Below, one piece after another: positions 60,605-64,000 of a stretch of 64,000 nt of DNA (positions are counted from its first letter, which is position 1; every line of letters begins with the position of its first letter). The notes under the pieces were generated by a model that had not been told where the DNA came from, did no database searches, and worked only from the letters and a program-made list of their open reading frames with translations. This stretch comes from Thalia democratica (lineage: Eukaryota): NCBI GenBank assembly GCA_965202585.1, contig OZ241834.1, positions 32,178,001 to 32,242,000 on the forward strand. Direction: 5' to 3'. Both the position numbers and the translations under genes were made by a program.

Positions 60605-63092
60605 TGTAAAGGGTTATTTAGCACTACAGAAATATTTTAAATCACATTCAAAAAATTTTATGTTGATTTTATTTTTTTGTTGGCAGTCACAAAATACTAA
60701 ACCATGTAATCTTAATCACAATATTAATTTTTACAGATCAGTATAGTTGTTTAAGTATTCACCTGGAACATTTTTTTTTAATTTAATGTATGTTGATCAA
60801 ATTCTTACTAAATCATACAAAATTTAAGATCAATTCTCTCTTGATAGTAACATTGAATAAAAGTTAAATACAACTTATTAAAAACAATGGGGCTGATTTT
60901 TACCTAAAAATTATTTGAATATTTGCACTAATAGTTTGATGACTTTTTAAGGTAAATTTTTTAAGCTATTATTTTAAATAAGTTGCTATAGGTAATTTTT
61001 TAACTTACTTATTATTGTACAAACTTTATTAGTTGATAAATAAAAATTTACTACTCAGATTAATGAGATATTTAAATTAAACACAACAATTAAAACTCCT
61101 TGAAGAACAAAATTAACAATTCTAATTAAGTTCTAACAAGCAGTTTGGTATAAATTTATACAAAAATTTCTAAACTTTACTTCTAACTACTTCAAGTTTT
61201 ATATGACACTTAAGCAAATTTTGTGAAAATTTTATTTAAAAACTTTTTATATTGATTTTTAATTAAGTACTTGTACAAACTTAATTAAAACTTGTAAGAG
61301 TATTCTTAAATGAGTTTTAAGTGATTTGATTAAATATTTTATTTTTCTAAGCAGTAATTTTTAATTTAACAACAACTGAAGTTTGTACAATAAAAAGTAA
61401 GTAAAAATATTTACCTAAAGTAACCAAAAAGATTAAAAAACTTAGCCTAGAAAACTTTTCCCAAAAGGTGCACCAACAGTAAAATTTGTTCAAAAACTAT
61501 ACCTTATTTCCGCAATATTTTTAGTATCAATACTTTTATGAATGTCAGTATAAATCTAGCAGGCAACTTTGCAAACTTTTAGTAGATTACATTTTTCTTT
61601 GTATTCCAGCTAATTCAAATAAGTATAAGGGTTAAAATATTAGGTTGTATGATTAAGCCTGTTTTAAAAATAAATACAGTATTTCCTATATTTAAAATAC
61701 TTTCTTCAAACTATTTTTTGCTTTAATGACTTGAACATTTATAAATTACAATTAAGAAATAACTACAACCTGATGGAAACAATATACAACAATATTTTAT
61801 AGCATTTTAAAATATTGAACTATAAATAAAAACAATTTATTAAATTTCAAAAGTTTGAAAACATAAAAAAAAGTAAAAAAGTAAATGTTAGACATGAATA
61901 AAGTAATACTGGGATTAAAACAAAAAAACAATTTTATTTAGGAAGAACTTTAAAACTACCCAATAAATTCCAAGAACTTTAAAGAAGAAACTGATCTAGC
62001 TCAATTTACTTAAACAAAAAAACAACAAGATTTCCTTAAAGGAATAAATTTACTGATCCTTCAAAGTAAATTTAACATACTTTCAAATTATCACCAAGTA
62101 TGGTTCCTGTTTTATAAACTTCTATAACATGTGTAGGGAATTTAACAAAATTTACAGTCCAGATAAAAGAAAATACAGTAATAATTTTTGTTTACAGGTA
62201 AATAAAGACTCAAGAGTTTATTTATGTTATAAAGTTTTCCATGTGCTCATTATACCATAACTGTTTCTATATCTTTCTAATAAATTTTTAACTTACTTGA
62301 TGATGTAAACAACAAACATTTGCAAGTAGTAAATGGGGTACTTAACCTAATACATAAGTTAGAGCTAGCATTTCAGATCGTGCAAGTTGTAACTTAAATT
62401 ATATGATCCAGTTAAGTAAACCAAAAGTTAAAATTTAGTTTTCGTTTGAAACTTCTGAAGAATTAAATAAACGGTTTTTAAGGTCAAGTTTATCATATAC
62501 TACGAAGAAATATTATTTAATAAATGATTTGAATAAAATTAAACGTGCATTCGTCAAATTACACACAAAGTTATTTTCGGTTGTCCTAAAAGCAGTAAGC
62601 AGTAAGCACATTAAAAAAAATGTTAAGATTTTATGTTATACCTGTGCCTAAGCGTATTGAAGATAATTTCTATACAAGAATTGTAGTATAAACTAATATC
62701 GCTTTGTTTAATGTGGCAGTTTTTTTTAGAAATTTAGTTTAAATTATTTTTTGATTAAGTTTTTGTTCTATTTTAAAAGTCTAAATTTACAGAACTAATA
62801 ACAAATAAAACGTAGTATTACAAAACACTTTATATATTAAAATGCTGTGTGATTTGGCACTTATTTCAACTAAATATACAACGAAAAATTATTACAGACC
62901 TCTATATACGTAAATATCAAATATAAATTTTTGGATCCATAAATTTCTTATTTAACATGTACCTTGATTCATATTTTTTAATCTAATACTCGTGTATCAA
63001 CATACCATACCTAGTTTGTCTTGTATTGACTTTTTTCTAATTATCAAATTTTATTATGCTATATTTATATTGATTAATTATTGTTTACAAAC

Positions 63093-63660
63093 CTTCATTT
63101 GCGTAGATGTTGATGTGCTTTCTCATTTCTTCGTCTTCTTCAATATCCTCAATGAACCTGTTATTCAAGAATAATGTTCAATTGACATGTTAGTCATAAT
63201 TTTAAAAACATGTAGGTAATACTAAGTATAATGAAATGTATTAAAATTTATATAAAAAACGAATAAAAAATAACTACTTTATAAAAAACAATATGTAATC
63301 TTACTTAAAAAAAAAGAGGTGATTAATTTGAAATGTTCAGAACCGTAAAAAAATAATTTAATTATTAAGTAAACAATAAAGTTTGTTGCAAACTTTATCA
63401 GACTTGAAGTTTATGCTAGTTTGAAAACATCATTTGTTTGTGTAGATTTATCATTAGACTGGACATTTTACCGCTTAGGTAATTTCTACAACAAGTCTCC
63501 ACATAGAAATTTTACCGCTTAGGTAATCTCACCTGTTCATGCCTTCGTTGTTGCCATCGGTGGCAACTGAAGCGGTATCCTCCTCGTTGGCCATTCTCTT
63601 CAGCTTCCACTTACGAGTGCGCTTCCTGCGTTGCTTGTCGTACACTTTCTTCACTAGGAT
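63093..63660 (-). CDS. NMD3: 60S ribosomal export adaptor NMD3, C-terminal exons 63660-63533 and 63157-63093 (5' part lies beyond the window; terminal exon not located)
   Basis: Spliced translation ILVKKVYDKQRRKRTRKWKLKRM...RFIEDIEEDEEMRKHINIY matches the NMD3 signature VLIKKSYDRTKRQRRRNWKLKEL...FLEDLEEDEAIRKNVNIY. The phase-2 GT-AG intron is consistent. Confidence 0.88.
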
Positions 63661-64000
63661 CTGTTTGAATATAAAAAATTAAACTTTTTTTAACTGATAT
63701 CTGTTCGGTTATAAAATATTGAATACTTTCTTTACTATTTACTAATGGGTAAAATTTTTTAGCTTCTTGAGTTTTATTTACTGAGATGCAGTTACTGTGG
63801 TTTAAAAATTTTTAAATATTTTAAGTTTTCAAAGATCTTAAGGAAAATTGTTAACAAAATAAGATTAAAACCTTAAAAAATTTATAAGGTTTCTCACAAA
63901 AAGTCAATTTTTACTTCAAATTAGTAAAAAAATTACATTATTTATCGTAAAATATAGCTATCGTGATAAAGTTAGATTTTATTTTTTTAATAAAACAAAA

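Noticed and set aside
1665-63174. Remaining 60-130 aa ORFs in the ORF track (F/L/K/I/N-rich)
   Set aside because: AT-rich codons, often non-ATG starts, no splice-phase links and no recognisable domains; consistent with chance ORFs.
63330-63440. Possible C/D-box snoRNA in the NMD3 intron (ATGATGT...CTGA...CTGA on the minus strand)
   Set aside because: Imperfect C box, no terminal stem and no recognisable rRNA guide. Such motifs arise easily in AT-rich DNA.
44200-64000. Gene-body methylation domain inferred from low CpG
   Set aside because: Exons of SYNRG and NMD3 are CpG-rich, so the low intronic CpG is explained by AT richness. CpG o/e calculation or bisulfite data would be needed.

Overview
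AT-rich eukaryotic (metazoan invertebrate) genomic DNA with GT-AG spliceosomal introns. The gene set and style would fit a tunicate or other invertebrate deuterostome, but the species cannot be established from the sequence. I assembled four recognisable genes by hand from splice sites and reading-frame phase. (1) FRS2/FRS3-type FGFR adaptor, + strand, 5 coding exons, 10170-15013. (2) Synergin gamma (SYNRG), - strand, 9 coding exons, 55122-37360. (3) Pegasus/IKZF5-type Ikaros zinc finger, - strand, 2 exons, 58506-56366. (4) The 3' part of NMD3, - strand, exons at 63660-63533 and 63157-63093; its last exon was not found. Two intronless orphan ORFs lie between FRS2 and SYNRG: a 75-aa tail-anchored membrane microprotein (27666-27439, -) and a 354-aa RG/N/Y-rich protein built from 51-nt repeats (30150-31214, +). 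Several non-autonomous DNA-transposon (MITE) families and GC/CpG-rich non-coding patches are also present. No tRNA, rRNA or CRISPR features were seen. The most intriguing signals are: a triplicated SYNRG exon end flanked by splice sites and carrying mostly protein-preserving substitutions; a co-oriented NMD3-IKZF5-SYNRG block with no visible internal promoter (possible operon, and an in-frame NMD3::IKZF5 splice); the two orphan proteins; a candidate internal FRS2 promoter; and a two-copy hairpin with compensatory changes. All family assignments come from recalled motif similarity, not database searches.
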